Positions 8,806-18,218 of a stretch of 64,000 nucleotides of DNA are shown piece by piece (position 1 is the stretch's first letter; the number at the start of each line of letters is the position of its first letter). The position numbers and the translations under genes are program-made. The stretch is from the NCBI GenBank assembly GCA_040383265.1, contig JBEIDW010000001.1, forward strand, positions 31,369 to 95,368. Reading direction: 5' to 3'. The notes beneath the pieces were generated by a model. That model was given only the letters and a program-made list of their open reading frames with translations. It did no database searches and was not told where the DNA came from. Origin of the DNA: Hyphomicrobiales bacterium. Its GTDB lineage: Bacteria; Pseudomonadota; Alphaproteobacteria; Rhizobiales; Aestuariivirgaceae.

Positions 8806-10152
8806 ATGTCCTCCGCCGCCAACCTTCCCAAGCATATTCATTCGACCGGCGATCTTCCGAAAGTGGCCTGGGCGAAGGGCAGCTATGTCTATGACGTGGA
8901 CGGCAAGCAATACATCGACGGCTCGGGTGGCCCGGCCGTCTATTGCATCGGCCACTCCAACGCGGAGGTGAACGACGCGATCAAGACCCAGCTGGACCGC
9001 ATCGCCCATGGCTACCGCTACAATTTCTCCTCCGACGCGCTGGAGGAGCTGACGGACATCGTCCGCCGCCGCTGTGGCGGCACGATGAACAACATGGTCT
9101 ATGTGACAGGGGGCTCAGAGGCGGTCGAATCCTGCATGAAGCTGGCCTTGCAGTACCATGCGGCAAAGGGAGACATGAGCCGCAGGCGTTTCATCGCCCG
9201 CGAGCGCTCCTGGCACGGCAATACGCTGGGCGCGCTCTCGGTTTCTGGCTTTCTGGAGAGGAAGCGCGCCTTCGAGGGATCGCTGCTCGATGTCTCCCAC
9301 CTCTCACCCGCCAACATCTACCGCCCGATTGCAGGGGCATCGCCCGAAACGGCGGGCGAGGCATGCGCTAAAGAACTGGAAGACGAAATCCTCCGGGTGG
9401 GTCCGGAGAATATCTGCGCCTTCATCTTCGAACCCGTGGTGGGTGCAGCCGGCGGCTGCGTGCCAGCCCCCAAGGGTTACGCCAGGCGCGTGCGCGAGAT
9501 TTGCGATACCTACGGCGTGATCATGATTTCGGATGAAGTGATGTGCGGTGCTGGCCGCAGCGGCACATGGCGCGCACTGGAGCAGGATGGGGTGGAACCC
9601 GACATCATGTCGGTCGCCAAGGGGCTGGCCGCCGGTTACCTGCCACTGGGTGCTGCGATCTATAACGACAAGGTGGCCGACGCGATCCATGGCACGCATG
9701 GCGCGCCAATGACGGGCCACACCTTCACCGCCCACACCGCCTGCTGTGCCGCAGGCGTGGCGGTGCAGAAGATCGTCGAGCGCGAGAAGCTCGTTGAGCG
9801 CGTGAAGGCCATGGAAGGCCCGTTCCGCGCCATGCTGGCGGACGCCACCAGGGACATCGAAGCGGTGGGAGACATTCGCGGCCGGGGCTTCTTCATCGCG
9901 CTCGAACTGGTGGCCGACCGCAAGACGAAGAAGCCCTTCGATGGCGAGAAGAAACTGTTCATGAAGATCCGCCAGCAAGCTTTTGCCAATGGCCTCATCT
10001 GCTACCCCGTTGGCGGCAATGTGGATGGTGTCAATGGCGACGTGGTGATCCTCGCGCCGCCCTACAACGTGACGGATGCGGAGTTGACCGAGATCGTCGA
10101 CAAGACCGCCGCGTCGATCCGGCAGGTACTGACGGCCGAGGGGCTGGCCTGA
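8806..10152 (+). CDS. Class III PLP aminotransferase (omega-amine/BioA-like family)
   Basis: YIDGSGG, GGSEAVE, SWHGNT, FIFEPVVG, DEVMCG.GRSG, VAKGLAAGY, GHTF. Confidence 0.92.
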   Translation: MSSAANLPKHIHSTGDLPKVAWAKGSYVYDVDGKQYIDGSGGPAVYCIGHSNAEVNDAIKTQLDRIAHGYRYNFSSDALEELTDIVRRRCGGTMNNMVYVTGGSEAVESCMKLALQYHAAKGDMSRRRFIARERSWHGNTLGALSVSGFLERKRAFEGSLLDVSHLSPANIYRPIAGASPETAGEACAKELEDEILRVGPENICAFIFEPVVGAAGGCVPAPKGYARRVREICDTYGVIMISDEVMCGAGRSGTWRALEQDGVEPDIMSVAKGLAAGYLPLGAAIYNDKVADAIHGTHGAPMTGHTFTAHTACCAAGVAVQKIVEREKLVERVKAMEGPFRAMLADATRDIEAVGDIRGRGFFIALELVADRKTKKPFDGEKKLFMKIRQQAFANGLICYPVGGNVDGVNGDVVILAPPYNVTDAELTEIVDKTAASIRQVLTAEGLA

Positions 10153-10159
10153 CGCGCGC

Positions 10160-11830
10160 TCAGGCGCTGTTCTGCCGGAGCCTGGATCCGCGCAACAGCC
10201 CTGCCGCATCAACGATCGGGTAGCCTGCCGAAACAACCAGCGCGTTGATGCGGTTCAGATCGCGGATCATGTCCACATAGAGCGCACTCCGCCGCAGCGC
10301 CTCGCCCTTGCCGCGCGAGCCGAGCTTGAAATGCTGATCCAGCACCTCGTTCTGCAATTCGCGGAAGGCATCCTTCTGCGAGATGAGGCGCTTGGCCCCT
10401 TCCACATCGCCCGAGGACAGAACGGCTGATGCGAGTTTGAGATTGTCGAGGATGATACGGCAAAGATTGTCGAGCGAGCGCAGTTCTTCTTCGGTGAAGG
10501 CGATGCTCTCATGCACCTTGGCAGAAATGCGGTCCGCAAGATTGAGCTGGATCACATCACCCGCATGTTCAAGATTGGAAATATAGAGGGTCAACTCCAG
10601 CGCGCGGCGTGACTCCTCGGGTGAAAGCTGGGCGCTGGCCAGTTCCGCCAGATAGGCCTGAAGCTGGGTCTGGAAGGCATTGAGGCGTTCATCCATCGGC
10701 TTCAGCTGCTTCAGGGCCTCCAGGCTGCCAGAGCGAAGCGAGGCAAGTGCGGTGTCGAACATGCGCTCCAGAAGTTCCGTCATGCGCACGGTTTCGAGCA
10801 GCACATTGGCCAGCGCCACGGCAGGCGTGGCGGCGGCTTGCGGATCAAGGTAGCGGGGCTTCGAAATGCTGTCCCTGTCCTTCGAATCATCTGGCAGCAG
10901 CCGTTCCATCAGCTTCGCGATGACGCCAGTGAAGGGCAGGAAGGCAAGCGCCACCAGAATGTTGAAGCCGGCATGGAAGGTCACGGCCGTTTCAACGGGG
11001 CCAAATGGCAAGAGTTGCACGATGGGCGTCAGCTGGCCGATAAAGGCGAGGCCCAGTATGGCGATGATGCCCCGGCACAGCAGATTGGCCAGCAGCAGCC
11101 GCCGCGCCACTGGCGGCTCTGCCAGTGTGGCGGATACGGCCGGAAGCCCGCCGCCGAAATTGAGGCCCAGGATGAAGGCCAGTGCGCCATTCACCTCGAG
11201 CGTGCCATTGGCAAGGAAGGCGGCGATCAGCAGGATGACGGCAAGCGAGGAATGGAACAGCCACGTGAGCGCCGCGCCGATCAGAAAGGCAAGAAACGGC
11301 TCCCGCCCCACCGCCGCAAGCACATCATGAAACAGCGTTGCCGCACCGAGCGGTGATGACGCCTGCTTGATGAGGGTGAGCGACAACAGCATCAGCCCCA
11401 GCCCGATCAGGATACGGCCCAGATTATGAGGCCTCAGTTCCGCCGACCAGGAGTGGATGACATAGCCTGCAAACAGCAGGATGGGCGAGGCCCAGAGCGC
11501 GAGGTTGGAACCGGACGCAAACACCGCGGACACCAGCGCCGAGCCGACATCCGCCCCCAGCAATACGGCCAAGCCGAGTGCTGTCCCGATGGCGCCCGCC
11601 GAGGCGAGCCCCGCCACGATCAGCGTCATGGCCGTGCCGGAACCAAGAATCGCGGTGGCGAAACCGCCGGCCGTAAAGGCCGAGACACGGTTTCCCATCC
11701 GGTGCTCGATGAAGTTCCTGAGCCGCTGCCCCCAGGCCCGCATGATGCCCGTACGCACCATGCGCACGCCCCACAGGAGAAGGGCAATGCCCCCCAGCAG
11801 GTTGACGATGACGGCGGTGCCCGGGTTCAA
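10160..11830 (-). CDS. Na/Pi cotransporter family protein with C-terminal PhoU-like domains (YjbB/NptA-like)
   Basis: LLLWGVRMVRTG, two repeats (LGSGTA..LGADVGS / FHSSLA..LGLNFGG), H..FN, soluble C-terminal helical region (NLEHAGD, RDLNRINA). Confidence 0.9.
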   Translation of the reverse strand: MNPGTAVIVNLLGGIALLLWGVRMVRTGIMRAWGQRLRNFIEHRMGNRVSAFTAGGFATAILGSGTAMTLIVAGLASAGAIGTALGLAVLLGADVGSALVSAVFASGSNLALWASPILLFAGYVIHSWSAELRPHNLGRILIGLGLMLLSLTLIKQASSPLGAATLFHDVLAAVGREPFLAFLIGAALTWLFHSSLAVILLIAAFLANGTLEVNGALAFILGLNFGGGLPAVSATLAEPPVARRLLLANLLCRGIIAILGLAFIGQLTPIVQLLPFGPVETAVTFHAGFNILVALAFLPFTGVIAKLMERLLPDDSKDRDSISKPRYLDPQAAATPAVALANVLLETVRMTELLERMFDTALASLRSGSLEALKQLKPMDERLNAFQTQLQAYLAELASAQLSPEESRRALELTLYISNLEHAGDVIQLNLADRISAKVHESIAFTEEELRSLDNLCRIILDNLKLASAVLSSGDVEGAKRLISQKDAFRELQNEVLDQHFKLGSRGKGEALRRSALYVDMIRDLNRINALVVSAGYPIVDAAGLLRGSRLRQNSA

Positions 11831-11838
11831 CTAAGTCC

Positions 11839-13299
11839 TCACTGCGGCCATGGAAGCGACCATGTCTTCACATTGGTGAAGAATTTCATGGCTTCCATGA
11901 CGCCTTCCTTAACACCATTGCCGGAATCCTTGATGCCGCCGAAGGGCGACATCTCGATGCGGTAGCCCGGCACTTCCCAGATATTCACGGTTCCGACATT
12001 CAGGCCTTCGATGAACCTGGTGATGCGCGAAAGGTTGTTTGTGCACACGCCCGAGGAAAGGCCGAAAGGCGTGGAGTTGGAGATGCGGATCACCTCCGCA
12101 TCATCATTCGACACCCGCACGATGGGAACGATGGGACCGAAGGTTTCCTCGAACACCAGTTCTGACTGGTGCGGCACGAAATCGACCGTGATCGGCGGCA
12201 GGAGTGCGCCCTTGCGGCCCGGATCATAGAGCACCTTGGCGCCCTGCTCCGCCGCCTTGTAGACGCGCTCCTCAAAAGTTTTCGCCGCGAGTTCATGGAC
12301 GACCGTGCCGAGATCGGTGTCGGGGTCCATCGGATCGCCGAACTTGATGGCCTTGGCCTTGGCCAGAACCTTCTCCACGAACTTATCCGCCACGCGCTCC
12401 TGCACGAGGATACGCTTCACCGCCGTGCAGCGCTGGCCGGAGTTGCGGGTGGCGCCCGCAGCGGCGAGTTCGGCTGCCTTGTCGAGATCCGAGTCGGACA
12501 GGTCATCGAGAATGATCAGCGGGTCATTGCCGCCCAGTTCCAGCGCGGCGCGCTTGTAGCCTGCCTTGGCGGCGATGATCTTGCCCACGCGCACGCCGCC
12601 CGTGAAGGTGATGATATCGATGTTGTCATTCGTCACCATCTCGTCGCCAATCTCATCCGGCCAGCCGGTGACGACCTGGAACATTTCGGGCGGCAGGCCC
12701 GCTTCATAGAGTATGTCGGCGAGTGCGAGGCAGGTGAGCGGCGTCAGCTCGGTGGGCTTCGCCACCACGCAATTGTTGGTGGCAATCGCCGGGGCCACCT
12801 TGTGCGACACCATGTTGAGCGGATGGTTGAAGGGGGTGATGGCGGAGATGACGCCCACCGGCTCGCGCTTGGTGAAGATCTTGCGCGGCTTGCCTTGCGG
12901 CGTCAGATCGCAGGAGAAGATCTGCCCGTCATCCAGAATGCAGAGCTGGCCAGCCAGCGAATACACATCATAGGCCCGGCCCACCTCGTAGAGAGAGTCC
13001 TTCTTCGAGAGGCCCAGCTCCAGCGTGATGAGGTCGGAGAGCTGATCTTTCCGTGAGCGGATCAGTTCCGCCGTGCGGAACAGGATCTGCTGGCGCTCAT
13101 AGCGGGTAAGCTTCGGCTTGTAGTTCCGTGCAATCTCGAAAGCCTTCGCCGCATGTTCGGCGCGGCCCGCGGGAACGGTGCCGATCACCTCGTTGGTGTA
13201 GGGATAATGCACGGGGACCACGCCTTCGGCGTTCACCTTCTTGCCGCCGATGCGCATTGTTTCCTTGATCATCGGGCGCTGGGTTGCGGATGAGTTCAT
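11839..13299 (-). CDS. phnY: Phosphonoacetaldehyde dehydrogenase
   Basis: ALDH motifs [31 protein letters not shown]; directly downstream of phnA. Confidence 0.93.
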   Translation of the reverse strand: MNSSATQRPMIKETMRIGGKKVNAEGVVPVHYPYTNEVIGTVPAGRAEHAAKAFEIARNYKPKLTRYERQQILFRTAELIRSRKDQLSDLITLELGLSKKDSLYEVGRAYDVYSLAGQLCILDDGQIFSCDLTPQGKPRKIFTKREPVGVISAITPFNHPLNMVSHKVAPAIATNNCVVAKPTELTPLTCLALADILYEAGLPPEMFQVVTGWPDEIGDEMVTNDNIDIITFTGGVRVGKIIAAKAGYKRAALELGGNDPLIILDDLSDSDLDKAAELAAAGATRNSGQRCTAVKRILVQERVADKFVEKVLAKAKAIKFGDPMDPDTDLGTVVHELAAKTFEERVYKAAEQGAKVLYDPGRKGALLPPITVDFVPHQSELVFEETFGPIVPIVRVSNDDAEVIRISNSTPFGLSSGVCTNNLSRITRFIEGLNVGTVNIWEVPGYRIEMSPFGGIKDSGNGVKEGVMEAMKFFTNVKTWSLPWPQ

Positions 13300-13300
13300 G

Positions 13301-14539
13301 TCAGTTCTCCACGATATGGTTGCAGCCCAGGAAGAAGGCATCGAAGTTGCGCAGCTTTGCCGGAGCATCCTTGAACTTGGCGTTGGCGATCACCGGGATT
13401 TCCTGCTCGGTGAGGCCGCCATGCGAGCGGAGCGGCTCATTCAGCCCCGAAAGGTCGTGCTTGTCACGGGAGGTGCCGAGCACCTTGGAACCCTTCGGGC
13501 CGCCTGAGACGACGATCACATCGCCCATCCGGTCCTCTGGCAGCTCATAGCGCGCGCAACCCTCTTGCTTGTCCAGCACGGCATCAATGCCGTCCTGCAA
13601 GGCGATGACGGCCATCACATCCTTCACATCCGGCCCATAGGCATAGACGGTCGCGAAGGAACCAAGCGCGCCATGATGCACGACGTAAGGATCGGTAATC
13701 GGCAGGATGACCTTGGTCTTGCCAGCACCGAACTTCGCGTCCAGCACATCCTGCAGGTAAAGAACATCCGGTTCGCCATTGCTGAGGTGCTTGTCCTTCA
13801 TGCCATGGTCAGCGACGATGACGATCGTCGCGCCACCTTGATCGAGCTCGCCCAGGTATTTGTCCATCATGGCATAAAAACGGTTCGCACCTTCCGAGCC
13901 GGGCGCATATTTATGCTGCACATAGTCGGTGGTGGAGAGATACATCAGGTCTGGCTTCATGCTGTGGAGCAGCTTGACGCCTGCCGCGAAGACGAATTCC
14001 GAAAGCTCCGCCGAATAGACATCCGGCACGCCCATGCCAACGAGGCCACAGGCATCGGCAATGCCATTTTCAGCCATGTTCACCTTATCCGCCTTTTCGG
14101 ACGAAAAGGCCACGGCGGTGCCGTCGAAGACGAGGCCCTTGCCGAGCAACAGGCGCAGCTTGTCCTTCGCCGTCACCATGGCGATCTTGGCGCCCGCCTT
14201 CTGGAAGGCCTCGAAGATGGTGGGCGCACGCAACCACTTCGGGTCATTCATCATCGTTTCCTGGCCGGTGGCGGGATCGATGAGATAATTGCCGCAAATG
14301 CCATGCACAGCGGGCGGGCGGCCTGTGACGATGGACAGATTGTTCGGATTGGTGAAGCTGGGGATGACCGAATGGCCCCGGCGGTTTTCGCCCTTGGCGA
14401 TAATGCGCTTGAGGTTCGGCATCAAACCTTTGGCCATCGCCACTTCCATGTAGTCGGGCTCGCTTCCATCACAGCAGATGACGACGAGCGGGCGGGAAGG
14501 CCAGTTGTAATGACGGCCGTTGACGGTGACGGTTTTCAT
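13301..14539 (-). CDS. phnA: Phosphonoacetate hydrolase
   Basis: [44 protein letters not shown] (alkaline phosphatase superfamily, PhnA type). Confidence 0.95.
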   Translation of the reverse strand: MKTVTVNGRHYNWPSRPLVVICCDGSEPDYMEVAMAKGLMPNLKRIIAKGENRRGHSVIPSFTNPNNLSIVTGRPPAVHGICGNYLIDPATGQETMMNDPKWLRAPTIFEAFQKAGAKIAMVTAKDKLRLLLGKGLVFDGTAVAFSSEKADKVNMAENGIADACGLVGMGVPDVYSAELSEFVFAAGVKLLHSMKPDLMYLSTTDYVQHKYAPGSEGANRFYAMMDKYLGELDQGGATIVIVADHGMKDKHLSNGEPDVLYLQDVLDAKFGAGKTKVILPITDPYVVHHGALGSFATVYAYGPDVKDVMAVIALQDGIDAVLDKQEGCARYELPEDRMGDVIVVSGGPKGSKVLGTSRDKHDLSGLNEPLRSHGGLTEQEIPVIANAKFKDAPAKLRNFDAFFLGCNHIVEN

Positions 14540-14568
14540 GCGTGTCGGTTCCAGTTCTCTCAAGGTGG

Positions 14569-14643
14569 CGTCACCCCGGCGAAGGCCGGGGTGCGGCTTT
14601 GGGCGTTTGAAGGAAGCGTGATCCCGGCTTTCGCCGGGATGAC
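14569..14643. repeat. REP-like composite palindromic element (two inverted hairpin units)
   Basis: CGTCACCCCGGCGAAGGCCGGGGT ... GATCCCGGCTTTCGCCGGGATGAC between phnW and phnA. Confidence 0.8.
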
Positions 14644-14654
14644 AGTATTCAGGA

Positions 14655-15815
14655 TCAAGCTTCCAGCGGCGTCATGTCGGTGACGTTCATCTGCTTCAGC
14701 ACCTCGCGGATTGCGGTCAGCACGCCCTGCATCACCTTCTCATCGACCTTGCCGATGGTGCCAATGCGGAAGGAGGGGCGCTTGGTGAGCTTGCCGGGAT
14801 AGATGGCGAAGCCGCGCAGCCGCAGGTCTTCGTAGAATTTCTCGAAATCGAAGTTCGGGTCGCGCGGGGTCAGGAATGTCTGGATGATGGGGCCCGCCTC
14901 ATTGTCGGAGAGCAGCGTGGTGAAGCCCATGCCGCGCATGCCCTTGATGAGGATCTGCGCATTACGGGCATAGCGGCTCCCGCGGGCCGCGACACCGCCT
15001 TCCTCCGCATGTTCCTTCATCGCCTGATGGAAGGCCACGAGCGCATGGGTGGGCGGCGTGAAGCGGAACTGGCCATTGGCTTCAAGCCCCTTCCACTGCT
15101 CATAGAGGTCCAGCACCACCGAATGGCTCATGCCCTTGGAGGCGAGCAGCATGTCACGCTTCACGAGCACATAGGAGAAGCCGGGAACGCCTTCGATGCA
15201 TTTGTTGGAGGAGGACACCATCACGTCCATTCCATCCATCATGTTCAGCGCCAGCGCGCCGAAGGAGGACATGGCATCGACCATATAGGCCTTGCCGCGC
15301 GCCTTGGTGACGCGCGCGATCTCGCCGATGGGGTTGACGATGCCAGAGGTGGTTTCGCAATGAATGACCCAGACATGGCTGATCATCGGATCCGCGTCGA
15401 GCTTGGCGGCAACCTCTTCGGCGGAAGGCGCAGCGCTGTCGCCCTTGTCGATCTTGACGACCGGGCGGCCGAGGCGGGTCAGGATGGCGGCAGCGCGGTC
15501 ACCATAGGCGCCGTTGGCGACAACCAGCGTCTTGCCACCCTCCTTCGGGCAGAACGCACCGAGTGCGGCTTCGATGGCGAAGGTGCCGGAGCCCTGCATG
15601 ATGACGCATTCATAGGAATCATCGGCGTGCGCGAGGCTGAGCAGGCCCTTGCGGATATCGCTGACGACCCGACGGAACTCGATGTCGCGCGAACCCCAGT
15701 CAGCCAGCATGGCAGCCTTGACGCCGCGCGACGTGGTGAGCGGACCCGGCGTCAACAGATAGGGCATGTCTTCCTGGCCGGGCGGGCCGTTGAAGCGGTT
15801 GGTCTGCTTGTCCAT
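14655..15815 (-). CDS. phnW: 2-aminoethylphosphonate--pyruvate transaminase
   Basis: LLTPGPLTTS, QGSGT, HCETTSG, DAMSSFG, SSSNKCIEGVPG, FRFTPPTH, IYPGK. Confidence 0.96.
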   Translation of the reverse strand: MDKQTNRFNGPPGQEDMPYLLTPGPLTTSRGVKAAMLADWGSRDIEFRRVVSDIRKGLLSLAHADDSYECVIMQGSGTFAIEAALGAFCPKEGGKTLVVANGAYGDRAAAILTRLGRPVVKIDKGDSAAPSAEEVAAKLDADPMISHVWVIHCETTSGIVNPIGEIARVTKARGKAYMVDAMSSFGALALNMMDGMDVMVSSSNKCIEGVPGFSYVLVKRDMLLASKGMSHSVVLDLYEQWKGLEANGQFRFTPPTHALVAFHQAMKEHAEEGGVAARGSRYARNAQILIKGMRGMGFTTLLSDNEAGPIIQTFLTPRDPNFDFEKFYEDLRLRGFAIYPGKLTKRPSFRIGTIGKVDEKVMQGVLTAIREVLKQMNVTDMTPLEA

Positions 15816-15857
15816 GGGACTTATCCTCAGGTGATTTCCGGCCCACAAAATGTGCGC

Positions 15858-15902
15858 TTGACCATTATCAGTCAAATCGTATGTTCTGATAAACCCTATC
15901 AG
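15858..15902. promoter_or_regulatory. Probable LysR operator region between phnW and lysR
   Basis: Dyads CTGATA-AACCC-TATCAG (15886-15902) and TTGAC-N8-GTCAA (15858-15875, containing a further TATCAG half-site). Confidence 0.6.
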
Positions 15903-15912
15903 TTTGAGCGAT

Positions 15913-16788
15913 ATGCGTCACGCACAGATCAAGGCCTTCCACGCGGTTGCGGTTCATGGCGGCTTCTCCCGCGCGGCGGAGGCCCTGAACCTCACACAGC
16001 CCGCCGTTTCCGACCATGTGCGAAAACTGGAGGACGCCTATGGCGTGCAACTCTTCACCCGCGCGGCCGCCGGGGTCAGCCTGACGGACATGGGCCGCAA
16101 GCTCTTTGCAATCGCCGAGCGCCTGTTCGAAGCGGAGGCGCAGGCGGTGGAACTCCTCTCGCGCGGGCGCACGCTGGAAGAGGGACAACTCACCATCGGG
16201 GCCGATGCTGCCGCGCACATCTTGCCCGATCTCGCGCGTTTCCGGCTGAAACACCCAAAACTCTCGGTACGGCTTGTGACCGGAAACTCGGCGCAACTCC
16301 TGAAGCGGCTGGAAGATTTTTCGATCGACATTGCGGTGACGGCGGAGCGTCCGGCGGAGCCGTCTTTCCTTGCCCGGAAACTGAGAAGTGACAGGCTGGT
16401 CGCTGTGGTGCAGCGCTCCTCCCGGCTTTCCAGGCTGAAAGACATTGGTTTCGACTCGCTGGTGAAGCTGCCGCTGATCCTGCGCGAGGAAGGCTCCATG
16501 ACGCGCCGCCTGCTGCTGGAAGAATGCGCGCGACGCAACCTCACACTGTCGGGAACGATCGAGATCGAAAGCCGGGAAGCAGCGCGCGAGGCGGCGGCCC
16601 AGGGATTGGGGCTTGCCATCATGTCGGAGGGCGAACTGGTCCCGGACGGCAGGCTGGCCGTGCTGCCAATTCCGGATTGGACCACGGAAATGGAGGAGTG
16701 GATGATCTGCTTAGCCTCCCGCGCCTCGCTGCACGTGATCCGCTCCTTCTTCACGCTTGAGGCTGGAGAGGCTAAGAGAACCGCATGA
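15913..16788 (+). CDS. LysR family regulator, aminoethylphosphonate-catabolism associated
   Basis: MRHAQIKAFHAVA..GGFSRAAE.L.LTQPAVS HTH; divergent from phnW. Confidence 0.92.
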   Translation: MRHAQIKAFHAVAVHGGFSRAAEALNLTQPAVSDHVRKLEDAYGVQLFTRAAAGVSLTDMGRKLFAIAERLFEAEAQAVELLSRGRTLEEGQLTIGADAAAHILPDLARFRLKHPKLSVRLVTGNSAQLLKRLEDFSIDIAVTAERPAEPSFLARKLRSDRLVAVVQRSSRLSRLKDIGFDSLVKLPLILREEGSMTRRLLLEECARRNLTLSGTIEIESREAAREAAAQGLGLAIMSEGELVPDGRLAVLPIPDWTTEMEEWMICLASRASLHVIRSFFTLEAGEAKRTA

Positions 16789-17597
16789 CATTCAAGGCCG
16801 CCTGCATCCAGTCCACCGCCACGCCTGATCTTGGGGCGGATATCGCCATGCTGTCCGCCATGATCCGCGACGCGGCCGGCATGGGCGCGCGCTTCATCGC
16901 CACGCCGGAATATTGCGCAGGGCTTGAGACGCGGGACGGCAAGATGTTCCCGGTGGCCTTCGCGGAAGCCGAGCACCCGGCCCTTCCTGCATTTCGGTCT
17001 CTGGCGGAGGAACTGGAGATTTTCCTTCTCATCGGCTCCATCGGCATCCGCGCGCCGGATGGCCGCATTTTCAACCGAAGCTTCATGCTGGACCGTAACG
17101 GCAATATCGCGGCGCGGTATGACAAGATCCACCTGTTCGACATCAACCTCGGAGAAGGCAAGGCCTATCACGAGTCCGCCACCATCGCCGCCGGCGAAAA
17201 GGGTGTTATTACTCCGTGTACAGAAGGGCAGATCGGCCTGTCGATCTGCTATGACATCCGTTTTCCCCATCTCTACCGCGCCTATGCCAAGGCGGGCGCA
17301 CAGATGCTTGCCGCACCCGCCGCCTTCACCAGGGTGACAGGCGAGGCGCACTGGCATGTGCTGCAACGCGCGCGCGCCATTGAGAACGGCGCCTATGTGG
17401 TTTCGCCCGGCCAGTGCGGAACGCTTGCCGGTGGTGCGGACTGCTACGGCCACTCGCTGATCGTGGATCCATGGGGCCGGGTGCTGGCTGATGGCGGCGA
17501 GAAGCCCGGCATCGTGATGGCGGAGATCGACCTGGATCAGGTTTCGCAGACGCGCCAGCGCATTCCCTCCCTCACCCATGACCGGCCCTTCGCCTGA
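16785..17597 (+). CDS. Carbon-nitrogen hydrolase (Nit1/deaminated-glutathione amidase-like)
   Basis: TPE, YDKIHLFD, ICYDIRFP (Glu-Lys-Cys triad), ARAIEN, GHSLIVDPWG. Confidence 0.9.
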   Translation: MTFKAACIQSTATPDLGADIAMLSAMIRDAAGMGARFIATPEYCAGLETRDGKMFPVAFAEAEHPALPAFRSLAEELEIFLLIGSIGIRAPDGRIFNRSFMLDRNGNIAARYDKIHLFDINLGEGKAYHESATIAAGEKGVITPCTEGQIGLSICYDIRFPHLYRAYAKAGAQMLAAPAAFTRVTGEAHWHVLQRARAIENGAYVVSPGQCGTLAGGADCYGHSLIVDPWGRVLADGGEKPGIVMAEIDLDQVSQTRQRIPSLTHDRPFA

Positions 17598-17599
17598 GC

Positions 17600-17628
17600 T
17601 TGCCTCGTCTCCCGCCCGGCATCATACT
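17600..17628 (+). promoter_or_regulatory. Putative sigma70 promoter of lemA
   Basis: TTGCCT-N17-CATACT about 30 nt upstream of the lemA ATG. Confidence 0.5.
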
Positions 17629-17657
17629 GGCCGCCAACAGGAAGAGGGAGAACGCGC

Positions 17658-18218
17658 ATGTTCGGTTACGGTCTTCTGGGTCTCATTGTCCTTCTCGGCG
17701 GTTACCTGATCCTCGCCTACAATGGGCTGGTTCGGAACAAGAACCTCGTGGCCGAAGGCTGGAGCGGCATTGACGTGCAGCTCCGCCGCCGCGCTGACCT
17801 CATCCCCAACCTGATCGAAACGGTGAAGGGCTATGCCGCGCATGAGGACAAGCTGTTCCGGGACATTGCGGACCTCAGGGCAAAATCCATCTCCGGCGGC
17901 ACGGTTGCCGAACAGTCGGCCACGGGCCAGGCCATGACAGCCGCCCTTGGCAAGCTCTTCGCGGTTGCCGAGGCCTACCCGGAGCTGAAGGCGGATGCCA
18001 ATTTCCGCGACCTGCAGGACAAGCTCTCCCACACCGAAGACGAGATCCAGATGTCCAGGCGCTACTACAATGGCGCGGTGAGAAACCTCAACACCATGAT
18101 CGAAAGCTTCCCGACCAACCTGATCGCCGGCCAGTTCGGCTTTACCAAGGCGGAATTCTTCGAGATTGGCGATGCAGCAGCCCGCGAGGTTCCGAAGGTC
18201 GACTTCAAGGCACGCTGA
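17658..18218 (+). CDS. lemA: LemA family protein
   Basis: N-terminal TM, YNGLV, WSGIDVQLRRRADLIPNL, EAYPELKA, RRYYN, FPTNLIA. Confidence 0.95.
   Translation: MFGYGLLGLIVLLGGYLILAYNGLVRNKNLVAEGWSGIDVQLRRRADLIPNLIETVKGYAAHEDKLFRDIADLRAKSISGGTVAEQSATGQAMTAALGKLFAVAEAYPELKADANFRDLQDKLSHTEDEIQMSRRYYNGAVRNLNTMIESFPTNLIAGQFGFTKAEFFEIGDAAAREVPKVDFKAR

Noticed and set aside
8806-10152. Calling the class III aminotransferase pbfA or bioA
   Set aside because: It is outside the phn operon and on the opposite strand, and I see no diagnostic features; only the family is supportable
16038-17579. 513-aa minus-strand ORF and many similar long antisense ORFs (e.g. 13565-14683, 15009-16391, 58761-59927)
   Set aside because: They overlap well-supported genes and lack motifs; expected from high-GC codon bias
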